Assembly: GCA_019090795.1 (NCBI GenBank)
Contig: JAHRVG010000023.1
Location: 16,178-80,177 of the forward strand
Source: Paracoccaceae bacterium
GTDB lineage: Bacteria; Pseudomonadota; Alphaproteobacteria; Rhodobacterales; Rhodobacteraceae
Length of the DNA: 64,000 nucleotides
Reading direction: 5' to 3'
This document shows, one piece after another, positions 1 through 9,475 of the stretch. Under the pieces are notes generated by a model, which saw nothing but the letters and a program-made list of their open reading frames with translations, had not been told where the DNA came from and searched no databases. Numbering within the stretch: the first letter of the stretch is position 1; each line of letters begins with the position of its first letter. The translations under genes were made by a program, and so were the position numbers.

Positions 1-48
1 AAACCGCTCGAAGTCACCTTGCGGGATTTACGGTTCTTCATCGTCTGA
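1..48 (+). CDS. Possible 3' end of an upstream CDS (partial, KPLEVTLRDLRFFIV*)
   Basis: Frame 1 is open from base 1 to TGA at 46-48, which overlaps the next ATG (TGATG), a typical translational-coupling arrangement. Too short to assign. Confidence 0.35.
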   Translation, partial: KPLEVTLRDLRFFIV

Positions 49-1016
49 TGCAGCTATCCCTGATCATACCGGTCTGGAATGACCCCAAAGGTTTGAAGCG
101 TATACTGGAGCAAATCGCGCAAATGCGTGTGTTCTCACAGGTGGTTGTCGTGGATGACGCCTCGACAATCCCCTGTGCGCCCAAAGACATCGGTATTGAT
201 CCGGCGAGTTATCCGCTGGCGCTGAAATATCGCCGAATACGCAAGAACCGCGGCGCGGGCTATGCGCGCAATCTGGGCCTGAAATATGCAACCGGCAGCC
301 ACGTGCTGTTCTTTGATTCCGATGATATGTTTACCCCCGATATTGTCACACTGGCGAATAATCTACAGGGGCAGGAATTCGATTTCTGCATTTTCAAACA
401 TGTGGACAGCCGGATTCGGGCAGAGGGTGGTTATGGCCTGCTGGCGGGTGACGAGCGGCGCTGGCAGAATGCCCGGGCGGTGGGAACCGTGGGAAATCTT
501 ACGCCGACAGGGGCAGCAAAGCTCTGTACCATTGCTGCCTATCCCTGGAATAAAATCTACCGCACTGCCTTTCTGCGCGAGCAAAACATCCGCTGTACCG
601 AGATCAGCATCCACAACGATATTGAAATCCACTGGATGAGCTTTCTGCGCGCCCAGGATATCCTTTATTCCGATCTGATCTGTTGTGAGCATTTTGTAAC
701 CAAAGGCCAAAGCCGCCTAACCAATAAAACTGGCCGTGAACGCTTTGAAGTGCTGCAGGCGCTGGCCAATGTGCAGGATGAATTCGCCCGAAACCCGCAA
801 GCCCTGCCGTTTCTCGAACCATTTGTTAATTTTTACGTCGATCTTTTTGGCTGGATCACCAAACAACTGGAAACCGAATTGCACGGGGATTTTCTGCGGG
901 AAGTGCAAGATTTCTTGCGCCAGCACCTGAATGTGGCACTCTACACACTGGCCACTGCGGAAAATCCTGCTCTTGGCGCGCGGATAAACCGGATTTTAAA
1001 GGGGCAGGCATTATGA
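48..1016 (+). CDS. Glycosyltransferase family 2
   Basis: LSLIIPVWN, VVVDDAST, GAGYARNLGL, LFFDSDD (DxD), PWNKIYR and HNDIE motifs of the GT-A/GT2 fold. Confidence 0.9.
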   Translation: MQLSLIIPVWNDPKGLKRILEQIAQMRVFSQVVVVDDASTIPCAPKDIGIDPASYPLALKYRRIRKNRGAGYARNLGLKYATGSHVLFFDSDDMFTPDIVTLANNLQGQEFDFCIFKHVDSRIRAEGGYGLLAGDERRWQNARAVGTVGNLTPTGAAKLCTIAAYPWNKIYRTAFLREQNIRCTEISIHNDIEIHWMSFLRAQDILYSDLICCEHFVTKGQSRLTNKTGRERFEVLQALANVQDEFARNPQALPFLEPFVNFYVDLFGWITKQLETELHGDFLREVQDFLRQHLNVALYTLATAENPALGARINRILKGQAL

Positions 1017-2170
1017 GCGTTTCCTTTATCATCACCAGCTATAATATTGAAAACTATATTGTTGAGTGTCTGGAAAGTGTTGCTGCCTGCACGCGCACTG
1101 GCGACGAAATCATCATTGTTGATGATGGCTCCACAGACGCTACAACCGCCAAAGTAAGAGCCTTTGTCGCAAGCGCGGCCTTGCCCGAAGATATCACCCT
1201 GCATCCGGTGTTTCTGGGGGCCAACACCTTTGGCGGGGTGGGCATTGCCGCCAATATCGGCATGGATCATGCCAGCAAGGACATCGTGTTCTTTGTTGAT
1301 GGCGATGACTGGCTGAACCCGGAAACATTCAACCCCTGCCGCGATGTATTCAAGGCCCGGGGCGGTGATTTCATGCTGGTTAATTACCGCGAATTTGACG
1401 AACGGGCGAACAAGTATAAAACCCCCGCCGATCAGGCCCGCTGGGCAAATGTGCAAAAAGGGCTTGATAAACAGGCACGCCTTGAACTGGCACTATCGTT
1501 TATTGCCGTTCCCTGGCGCAAGTTTTACCGGCGACAGTTTTTACAGGAGTCCCGGTTACGATTCCCCGAAGGGGATTTCTTTTTTGAAGACAACCCGTTT
1601 CACTGGGCAGTATGCCGCGCCGCACAGGGTTTCAGCTTTTATGATCAGGTAATCTGCTATCACCGGACCAACCGCCCGGGTCAGACCATGGGGTCTACGG
1701 GCATGGAGCTGCTGGCATTCTTCACCCATTACGAGAGCATTCGCGATGCAATTGCCGCAACAGAGGATCAGTTGCACCTAGCGGCAATGCGCTGGCTGAT
1801 CAATAATATGTCTTGGCATCTGGGCCGGTTACATCCCAACGTACAACGCCTATGGGGCCAGCGCGCAATGGCTTGCTTACAGGATTTTCCAGAGGACCTC
1901 TGGCAAGAGGGTATTGCACCGGAATTTCTCGGCGCAGCTATTGGTGATGTCTGCGAACAATTGCGCGGGCGCAATTTACAAGGCTTTCTAAGCGGCCAGC
2001 AAATCGGCCGACTGGGGCAACAAATAAACAATTTGGGGCATCGGGTTAACGGATTGCACACAGACCTGAGAAAACTGCAACGAGAAGTCCAAAACACCAA
2101 GCAATTCGCCCAGAGCACAAGAAACATCCAAGAATACACTGCGCTGCTGGCCTTGCACAAAAAAACCTGA
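1013..2170 (+). CDS. Glycosyltransferase family 2 with C-terminal coiled coil
   Basis: VSFIITSYN, IIVDDGSTD, FFVDGDD, PWRKFYRR, FFEDNPF; ATGA overlap with upstream GT; heptad-like C-terminus. Confidence 0.9.
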   Translation: MSVSFIITSYNIENYIVECLESVAACTRTGDEIIIVDDGSTDATTAKVRAFVASAALPEDITLHPVFLGANTFGGVGIAANIGMDHASKDIVFFVDGDDWLNPETFNPCRDVFKARGGDFMLVNYREFDERANKYKTPADQARWANVQKGLDKQARLELALSFIAVPWRKFYRRQFLQESRLRFPEGDFFFEDNPFHWAVCRAAQGFSFYDQVICYHRTNRPGQTMGSTGMELLAFFTHYESIRDAIAATEDQLHLAAMRWLINNMSWHLGRLHPNVQRLWGQRAMACLQDFPEDLWQEGIAPEFLGAAIGDVCEQLRGRNLQGFLSGQQIGRLGQQINNLGHRVNGLHTDLRKLQREVQNTKQFAQSTRNIQEYTALLALHKKT

Positions 2171-2239
2171 ACTGGACGCATCTGCCTGCATGTTTTATCA
2201 TTCACCATAAGCGAACCCACTTAGCTGGCTAGAAACACC

Positions 2240-4579
2240 ATGAATTTCACTACTCTCCGCAACGCCTATAAGAGCCTGAAATCCCTGCTGGCCAAATATA
2301 AAAACAGTGCTGCGGTTCTCAGTGATATCGATATGAGGCAACTGTGCCTGGCCTTTGAAAAAATCAAAGAAATCAACGACCACAGCGCTATTCTTTATGT
2401 ATATGAGACCCTGAGAAAGCAGGGGGCACTCCCCCGCACTGTTGGTAGACGAGAGGGGGAGTTGCGTCTCTATATGCTGTGGCTGACGGCGCGACTGAAG
2501 ACTGTTGATTATACTCAAGGCGGCCGGTTGCTGGCAGAGGCCCTGGAACAGTTTCCGGATCACGCGCCCTTGCAGGAACTGCATATCTTTTACCTGTGGT
2601 TTCATGACACCCAACAGCTTGATCGCTGGATAGACGCCAGAGCTTTCCCCGATCCGGTACCCGAGGCTCTGCTGACAGTTTACGGCGAGCATCTAATCCG
2701 TACCGGCAAACGCGAGCACGCACGCGCAGTGACGTTTCTGGCCAATACAGACCCGCGTCGGCGTCATGATCTGGCCTTGCTGATGATCAATGCTGCGGAG
2801 AGGCCCGCGCAAAAACTACTCTGGTTCAACCAGTTCCTGAATGCCCAGAACATGGCCCCGCTAGAATTCAAGGATCCTGATCAAGGCTTTCAGATTGATA
2901 ACTTTACGGGGGCTGGCATTGCGCGCAACTGGTCCGGCGCGCAGCCTTTGGTCAGTGTGATCACCACCGCGTATAATTGTGCAAATTTTCTGGAAACCTC
3001 TGCCACCTCGATTCTGAACCAATCATACCGCAACCTTGAACTGCTCATCGTTGACGATTGTTCAGATCAGCCCACCCGCGAAAAAATCCGCGATCTCGCG
3101 GCGCGGGATGCCCGTGTAGTGCCCATTTTCCGGGCAGAAAATGGCGGCACCTATATCGCGAAATCCGCCGCCATGGCCCGCGCCAAAGGCGCGTTTGTGA
3201 TTTTTCATGATGCCGATGACTGGGCACATCCAGATAAGCTCTGGCGCGAAGTTACAGCCCTGCAATCTACTCCAGAACTGGCCTGCTGGTGTTCGGGCTG
3301 GGCGCGGATGGATGAACACGGCGCATTTGTGATGCAGTTGTCGGGCAAATACGCCCACCCCAATCCAGCAGGCACCCTATTGCGCCACCCGGCGGTTTAT
3401 AATCGGCTGGGTGGCTTTGATCCGGTGCGTACCGGGGCGGACAGTGCCTATAAGCGCCGAATCCAATTGGAATTCGGGCCACGATCCCTGCGCACCGATC
3501 CCACAGTTCTGGTTCTCGGGCGCCATCACAGTGAATCATTAACCCAAGCAGGTCACTCCTCGATGGGTAACTTTGGCTGGTCCCCTGCCCGGGCACTCTA
3601 TCGGGGTAACTGGCTGGACCCGATGATCACTGGTAGCAAAACTCACTGGGCCCCTTTGGGAATGCGCAAAACGCCGATCAAGATTGCCTATCAGGCGACG
3701 GATGTACTGGTATTTGATCCCCTCAAACGTCTGGGACTATCCCAAAAATTTGATGATTTCCTGCTGATCATTCAGGGGCAAATATCAAAACGCCATCTGA
3801 CCCAGATTCACCGGCTGGTGATGGGGCTGCATCAGACAGGCTACCACGTCGGGGTTTATTTTGAAGATAGCCACTGGGCCAAAGACACTTGGCAAGCGCA
3901 GCATTTTCAAAAACTCAGCCATATTCACTGTTATAACAATTTGGGAATGATCCGGGCCAAGATTTGCCTGCTGGTAAATGGCACCGCACAGGGCACAAGC
4001 CTGCGTATTCTACTGAAGGATCAGATTGCGGTTGAAGATCGCGTCAAAGCGCGCGCCCTGCCCAATACACCCGCCCCCGTGGTGCAGCGCGAAACCATAT
4101 TTTTGCTATCCCCAAATCTGGAAAAACACCTCTTGAGTCTGTCTGCTATAAGCTCGAGTAAGCTGATCGTGTTGGCGCGTACTGGAGATGGTGGCGGGAG
4201 TGAACTGGAAGGCACTCGTTTTGACCAGATCAGCGTGGCCGACGAGACCGGCAAGAATACCAACGCCCTGTTGCTGGCCGGGCCGGGCTGGAGTGACGAG
4301 AACCGGGTAGAGATCGCCATGCTCGCGCGCTATTTGGGGCGCAAGTGTCTACAGACCCAGACCCGACTGGCCAATATTACACAGATCAAAAATGAAACTC
4401 TCAAGGATTTACCTCAAGGGGATCAATCCTTTGCCCCACTTTCGTTAAGCACCCCGGCCATACCGCACACGGGCGGAAGTTTTGTTCAAGGCTTGGCGCA
4501 GGATCTGTCGGATCATCTGATGGAGGATCACAAGCTGAACCTCGAACTGGCACTCGAACTGCCGGAAAATGGCCTATGA
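2240..4579 (+). CDS. Large multidomain glycosyltransferase (central GT2 domain)
   Basis: PLVSVITTAYN, LLIVDDCSD, NGGTYIAKS, IFHDADDWAHP, GADSAY at about aa 235-410; long N- and C-terminal regions unassigned. Confidence 0.85.
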   Translation: MNFTTLRNAYKSLKSLLAKYKNSAAVLSDIDMRQLCLAFEKIKEINDHSAILYVYETLRKQGALPRTVGRREGELRLYMLWLTARLKTVDYTQGGRLLAEALEQFPDHAPLQELHIFYLWFHDTQQLDRWIDARAFPDPVPEALLTVYGEHLIRTGKREHARAVTFLANTDPRRRHDLALLMINAAERPAQKLLWFNQFLNAQNMAPLEFKDPDQGFQIDNFTGAGIARNWSGAQPLVSVITTAYNCANFLETSATSILNQSYRNLELLIVDDCSDQPTREKIRDLAARDARVVPIFRAENGGTYIAKSAAMARAKGAFVIFHDADDWAHPDKLWREVTALQSTPELACWCSGWARMDEHGAFVMQLSGKYAHPNPAGTLLRHPAVYNRLGGFDPVRTGADSAYKRRIQLEFGPRSLRTDPTVLVLGRHHSESLTQAGHSSMGNFGWSPARALYRGNWLDPMITGSKTHWAPLGMRKTPIKIAYQATDVLVFDPLKRLGLSQKFDDFLLIIQGQISKRHLTQIHRLVMGLHQTGYHVGVYFEDSHWAKDTWQAQHFQKLSHIHCYNNLGMIRAKICLLVNGTAQGTSLRILLKDQIAVEDRVKARALPNTPAPVVQRETIFLLSPNLEKHLLSLSAISSSKLIVLARTGDGGGSELEGTRFDQISVADETGKNTNALLLAGPGWSDENRVEIAMLARYLGRKCLQTQTRLANITQIKNETLKDLPQGDQSFAPLSLSTPAIPHTGGSFVQGLAQDLSDHLMEDHKLNLELALELPENGL

Positions 4580-5446
4580 CGGCAGATAAGCACTGTAATC
4601 AATGCCCAGCGTTTCCAGACTATCGGCCCAATATTGCCCCAAAAGCCGGTCAAATTCGGGCACATAGGTTTCTTTTCCCGCATTTGGCACTGGGGTGAAC
4701 TCGCCAAAAATGATCCGCTTAGGAGCAGCATATAAATCAACCCGCATGAAAGAAACCCTAGAGGCCTGTATCAAATGATCCGAAGCTTTGATCAAGGCAT
4801 CAAAGTTTTTCGGCGCTTGCAGGATAATCTCGGGGTTGCTTTTGATCCGCTCGCGGATCAGGCCCAAGGGCTGTCCTTTGGCATCATAGAATTCAAACGC
4901 CCATTTTTCCTTGGGCAGGTGCATCGGTGCATACCGCTGCATGACAATGGGCGAGCCACCCTGAAAACCGTAAACCTTGTAATCCAGCGGCACATCAAAA
5001 CCAAAGCTGTCACGCACATATTCTTCCAGAATTACCGCCTCTGACATGGTGAAATTTTTTGATCGTGACAAACGACGCTGATAATCCTGCACCACCGCGG
5101 CGCGCGTTTTGTAAACCTTGTTGTGCATCTTACAAAAAAAGCTGCCATTGGGGCGTTTTTTCAGCAGATAAACCCCATAAGAGCTGTGCCCGTGCAAGGG
5201 TTTGATAACAAAGCTGCGCGGCAAAAAACCCGCCATCGCATCGGCAACACTGTCATAGACATGGAAATTCACACACTCAACACCGTTTTGCGCGGCAAAA
5301 GTGTAGCCAAGATCTTTCTTGTTGATCCGCTTAAGTGCCTCGAATTCGCGCAGGACCGGTTCCGGCAGGTTTCTGGCCTTGTTAAAGCCATTCCAAAGGG
5401 CGGTTCGGGCCAAAAGCAACTGGTTATAGCTGGGCTGAGACATCAT
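4574..5446 (-). CDS. TupA-like ATP-grasp amidoligase
   Basis: FVIKPLHGHSS, VILEEYV, PLDYKVYGFQG, FMRVDLY, IIFGEFTPVPNAG match ATP-grasp proteins of the TupA (teichuronopeptide) type found in polysaccharide loci. Confidence 0.75.
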   Translation of the reverse strand: MMSQPSYNQLLLARTALWNGFNKARNLPEPVLREFEALKRINKKDLGYTFAAQNGVECVNFHVYDSVADAMAGFLPRSFVIKPLHGHSSYGVYLLKKRPNGSFFCKMHNKVYKTRAAVVQDYQRRLSRSKNFTMSEAVILEEYVRDSFGFDVPLDYKVYGFQGGSPIVMQRYAPMHLPKEKWAFEFYDAKGQPLGLIRERIKSNPEIILQAPKNFDALIKASDHLIQASRVSFMRVDLYAAPKRIIFGEFTPVPNAGKETYVPEFDRLLGQYWADSLETLGIDYSAYLPS

Positions 5447-6636
5447 GCTGGGGGGGCCGTAATACGCCCTTGCAAACCGTCCCTTCTGGTTTGCAATTTT
5501 TTCCGGCGTTCCTGTAACTCAGGCAGGCAGTGCCGGAATTGCAGGGCCGTTGTTGCCTGAGACAGCTTCTCCTGTGCCGCTTCTTTTTGGGTCATAATCG
5601 CCAGTTCGGCTTCTGCGAGCAATGCCCGCCCACGCTCCAACCGCAGTTCCTGGCGATAATGGTTAATCAGATAGACCAGCGGCTCCGAGAATTCGCAGGT
5701 ATCCTCTAACTTGTAAACATTCGGCTCCGCATCATAGCGCGCCCAGTCCGGTGTCAGTTCATCCAGTGTGATTTCCGGATGCAGTGCTGCCAGTCGGGTA
5801 TTGCTGTTGGTAAACCGGCTCTGGATTTGACGGGCAAGATCCTGGCCTATTTGCAGCTTCTCAGACATTGGCAACTGATCCAGAAACAGTGTTTTACCAA
5901 GGTGTCCCAGTTCTGCCCCCCCCTGACCCAAAGCATTCACCAACCCCATACTACGCCAGTCAAGCGCTTCATTATGATGGGGAATTACAGAAGTCTTATC
6001 CCGCTCAATACCTATTTCACCGGCCAGATATTCGGCAATATTGGGAAACTTCCGAAAAGGGACCAGATGCAGGTTTTCACGCCCGAACACCCGAGACCAG
6101 CGATCTGCAATTTGTTCATAATTGAAATAGGCACTGTTTTCGCTAACAGCAGGGCGAGTCAGGGTTTTCAAGGAAACAATCTGTCCAAGGCGCGCCCTTT
6201 GGGATGCCCCGGAAACAAGAAGATCCACCTGCGGACGCAGATGTAGGTAGACTGTGATGCTCTCGAAATGTGGTTCCAGAAAAGCCTTCACCCGCCGGAT
6301 CATGGCGAGGGTTGTGATCTTGGAATGGAGATGTTCATTGGAAATCACCCAATGGCGTGCAGCTTTGTGTTGCCCTATTTCAGCCGCAAACCGGTTGCGC
6401 AATTTTTCCCGAAAGGCTTTGTGATCTGCAGAAGTCTTGATCTTGCGGCGGGCAAAACTTTTATCCGGTTTATTCGTATCGCGCGCATAGATCATCAAAG
6501 AACGGTGGTTCACATCCCCCAGACTGGTCGGATAGATCACCCCTTGCTCCCGCAGTATCTCCCGGTTTTCAGCAAACCACTGCTGGCAGCTGGTGGTGCC
6601 GGTTTTCGTGGTGCCGATGTGCAGAGACAGCTTCAT
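5443..6636 (-). CDS. Sulfotransferase-fold (P-loop-like) protein
   Basis: N-terminal LHIGTTKTGTTSCQ, ISNEHL, YLHLRPQ; ATGA-coupled to neighbours. Confidence 0.65.
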   Translation of the reverse strand: MKLSLHIGTTKTGTTSCQQWFAENREILREQGVIYPTSLGDVNHRSLMIYARDTNKPDKSFARRKIKTSADHKAFREKLRNRFAAEIGQHKAARHWVISNEHLHSKITTLAMIRRVKAFLEPHFESITVYLHLRPQVDLLVSGASQRARLGQIVSLKTLTRPAVSENSAYFNYEQIADRWSRVFGRENLHLVPFRKFPNIAEYLAGEIGIERDKTSVIPHHNEALDWRSMGLVNALGQGGAELGHLGKTLFLDQLPMSEKLQIGQDLARQIQSRFTNSNTRLAALHPEITLDELTPDWARYDAEPNVYKLEDTCEFSEPLVYLINHYRQELRLERGRALLAEAELAIMTQKEAAQEKLSQATTALQFRHCLPELQERRKKLQTRRDGLQGRITAPPA

Positions 6637-7502
6637 TGGTTGCTCATTTCATTCTCAAGGGAACGACTGAATAGCAGGTTTACGGTCGGGTCCTTTTGCA
6701 AATCTGCAATATCGCGCGCATATAGCTGTTTCAGAGTCTCTTTCTCTGCCGCATTCCATGGATGAAACCCAGAATATTTCGGCCCCTTGGGATAGCGTTT
6801 CACCGCATCGCGCAAATCTTTGGGTTCCACCTTGGTTTCCTTGTGCATTTCACGCAATGTACGGATCGCGCGATGTGAAAACCCCGGGCGTTCCACGGCC
6901 TCAAGCAGGGTGAAATCCTGCGGCGAAATACCAAGAATACGAGACAGCAGCCCCTGTTCCTGCCCCCGTAAATTCTCGTATTGATAGACCAGCATCTGCG
7001 CTCCCGGAAAGGCCCCTTGCAGGGCTTTGACCCATGGATACCAGCGCAGATTTTCAAACGGGGTGCGCAAAAACTTGCGGAACGGTTTGAACGGGTTTGC
7101 TTTAAGCGTCTCGCAATAAAGCGAAGGCAGAAAGCCGGTGAAAGAGCGAATACCCAGAACCAGTGTTGGCGTGTCAAGCTCCAGATGATCCGCCATCCTG
7201 CGCGCCCGTTCCGGGCCCTGACAGTAAACCCCTTCAGGGGTGCAGACATGTTGCACCAGAGCGGGGATATTTTCATCAAAGACCAGATTAATTCCCGGTC
7301 CCTGAGTGTCAAACTCATTGGCCGCAGCAGTCATCCCCGGACGCCCGTTAATCAGCGGGCGGGTGTATTTATCGCGAAACGCGTTCAGCTCGATATATTT
7401 GACGTTGTGAGTACGCAAAGCATCCTGCGACAGATCAAGGCTCTTTTGCAGATATGTGGTGCCGGTTTTATGGGCTCCAAGCCAGAGAATATTTCGCACC
7501 AT
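6633..7502 (-). CDS. Sulfotransferase-fold (P-loop-like) protein
   Basis: WLGAHKTGTTYLQ, VFDENI, VLGIRSF; start reassigned to ATG at 7502, just after the galE stop. Confidence 0.65.
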   Translation of the reverse strand: MVRNILWLGAHKTGTTYLQKSLDLSQDALRTHNVKYIELNAFRDKYTRPLINGRPGMTAAANEFDTQGPGINLVFDENIPALVQHVCTPEGVYCQGPERARRMADHLELDTPTLVLGIRSFTGFLPSLYCETLKANPFKPFRKFLRTPFENLRWYPWVKALQGAFPGAQMLVYQYENLRGQEQGLLSRILGISPQDFTLLEAVERPGFSHRAIRTLREMHKETKVEPKDLRDAVKRYPKGPKYSGFHPWNAAEKETLKQLYARDIADLQKDPTVNLLFSRSLENEMSNQ

Positions 7503-7503
7503 A

Positions 7504-8502
7504 TTATGCCACCCAACTGTCGGCACACATCTCGTTGAGCCCAAATTCGGTTTCAAACCCCAGCACCGCCTTGGCATGGCTTACATCCGCATAACAGCGC
7601 GCCACATCACCGGCGCGGCGCGGGGCTATCGTGTAAGGAATATCACGCCCACAAGCGGCAGCGAAGGCGGCAATCATTTCCAGCACGGAATAGCCCTGTC
7701 CGGTGCCAAGGTTCACCGTGTGGCTCTCGTCCGTTGTAATCAGCGCCTGCAGGGCCAGCACGTGGCCGCGCGCCAAATCTTCGACATGGATATAATCGCG
7801 CAATCCGGTGCCGTCCGGTGTGTCGTAATCATCGCCAAAAACCGACAGTTGTTTGCGGGTGCCTTTGGCAACCTCGATCAGTCGCGGCATCAGGTTCTCG
7901 GGTGGTTGTGTGGTCTCTTCGGGCGACAGGCGCAATAGTCCCGATTTATGCAGACCTACGGGATTGAAATAGCGCAGGATGCTGATCGCCCAATCGGGAT
8001 GCGCCACCTGCATCTGCCCCAGCATCTGCTCGCCCACCAGCTTGGAGAGGCCATAGGGGTTTGTAGCACTCAGCGGGGCGGTTTCGGGAATAGGTTGCTG
8101 ATCACAATCGCCATAAACCGTGGCAGAGGAAGAAAACACGATCCGCCCCAGATCATGGCGTTCCATTGCCCCCAGCAGGTTGATCAGCCCGCCCATATTG
8201 TTATTGAAATAGGCTTGCGGGCGGGCCACAGAATCGCCCACGGCCTTATAGGCGGCAAAATGTACCGTGGCGGCAAAATCATGGGCAGCAAAAACTGCGT
8301 CCAGCCCATCGCTATCCAGCAGATCGCAATCATGACACAGGCAAGCCTTGCCTGTCAGCTGTGCAAGGCGCGCCGGCGTATCGCGATCGGCATTGGAAAA
8401 ATTATCCAGAATGACCGGCTCAAACCCGGCTTTGGACAGGGCGACATAGGTATGCGCCCCGATGTATCCGGCCCCGCCGGTAAGGAGTATTTTTTGTGTC
8501 AT
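7504..8502 (-). CDS. galE: UDP-glucose 4-epimerase
   Basis: LLTGGAGYIGAHT, HFAAYKAVGDS, FSSSATVYG, YGLSK (YxxxK), LRYFNPVG, DGTGLRDYIHVEDLA. Confidence 0.96.
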   Translation of the reverse strand: MTQKILLTGGAGYIGAHTYVALSKAGFEPVILDNFSNADRDTPARLAQLTGKACLCHDCDLLDSDGLDAVFAAHDFAATVHFAAYKAVGDSVARPQAYFNNNMGGLINLLGAMERHDLGRIVFSSSATVYGDCDQQPIPETAPLSATNPYGLSKLVGEQMLGQMQVAHPDWAISILRYFNPVGLHKSGLLRLSPEETTQPPENLMPRLIEVAKGTRKQLSVFGDDYDTPDGTGLRDYIHVEDLARGHVLALQALITTDESHTVNLGTGQGYSVLEMIAAFAAACGRDIPYTIAPRRAGDVARCYADVSHAKAVLGFETEFGLNEMCADSWVA

Positions 8503-8534
8503 GGAGATGCTTTACCGGCTTGGGTGCCGCCGCG

Positions 8535-9281
8535 CTAGAGTTTTGTACGGGTGCGCTGGTTTAACAGGCGCTGGAAGACAAACAGCAGGGTCTGCCAGAT
8601 GATATAGCCCTCAATGGCAAAGCCCATACGGCGGATATATTCCAGATCCCATTTCAGTTTGCGCGCCGTGCCCACCACATCACTGGTATAGCCATATTTC
8701 AGTTGCGCGAGGCCCGTAATCCCGGGCCGCACATGTTGGCGCAGGGCATAGCCGGGTATTTCCGCCACATACAGGTTATAAAACTCCACCTGTTCGGGGC
8801 GCGGGCCAACCATGCTCATCTGCCCGATCAGCACGTTCAGGATCTGGGGTAGCTCGTCAATTCGCGTACGGCGCAAAAATCGCCCCACCTGATTGATACG
8901 ATCTGTTTCGGTATCGGCAAAGCGGCATTCATCGCAAGTGCCAGCCATGGTGCGAAATTTGACAATCCGGAACATCTGCTGGTCTTTCCCCACCCGTTCC
9001 TGATCAAAAAACAGCGGGCCCGGATTGAACTGGCGATTCACCAAAAGCAACAAGACAGAGATAACACCGAGAACCGGCAGCAACATAATCGCAAAACCCA
9101 GATCAATCATCCGTTTGGCAATCAGAAAAAGGCGACTCGGCGGTGAGTGAATAGCCTCGCCAATAGTGACAAGTTCAGCATCCAGAAAATCCGTGCTAAA
9201 TTTCTCAACAGTCAAAAAGACACCCTCGCTTGCTCTTGTGCAATTCCAATATAGCATTGGCCAGATTATTCTCTGTGCCAA
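8535..9281 (-). CDS. Priming sugar (phosphoglycosyl) transferase, bacterial sugar transferase family
   Basis: KRMIDL, GPLFFDQERVGK, KFRTM, GRFLRRTRIDELPQILNVLIGQMSMVGPRPE, PGITGLAQ. Start codon uncertain (TTG 9281 or ATG 9257). Confidence 0.92.
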   Translation of the reverse strand: MAQRIIWPMLYWNCTRASEGVFLTVEKFSTDFLDAELVTIGEAIHSPPSRLFLIAKRMIDLGFAIMLLPVLGVISVLLLLVNRQFNPGPLFFDQERVGKDQQMFRIVKFRTMAGTCDECRFADTETDRINQVGRFLRRTRIDELPQILNVLIGQMSMVGPRPEQVEFYNLYVAEIPGYALRQHVRPGITGLAQLKYGYTSDVVGTARKLKWDLEYIRRMGFAIEGYIIWQTLLFVFQRLLNQRTRTKL

Positions 9282-9475
9282 ATATCACGTTTACCTGTTC
9301 ATGCAATCCTTCTGCGGGATTTTTACACACAGATTATGCTCAAATTCTGTCTTACCGAGTAAATTTGCCTCTATGGGAGTATCCTTGCAAAGCGATATTA
9401 ATAACAATTCACTATACCGCAAGAAAAACGTCCCGTCGAGAATACAACCGGTGATTTTCCGCCGATTTCCACGAC

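Noticed and set aside
2222-2232. TAGCTGGCTAG repeated at 2222 and 19734, each upstream of a capsule gene
   Set aside because: Hundreds of 11-mer pairs are expected by chance in 64 kb; only two copies and no further support.
7504-7530. GalE ends slightly early (..ADSWVA), considered as truncation
   Set aside because: Only a few terminal residues are missing, all catalytic motifs are intact, and the stop is neatly followed by the next ATG.
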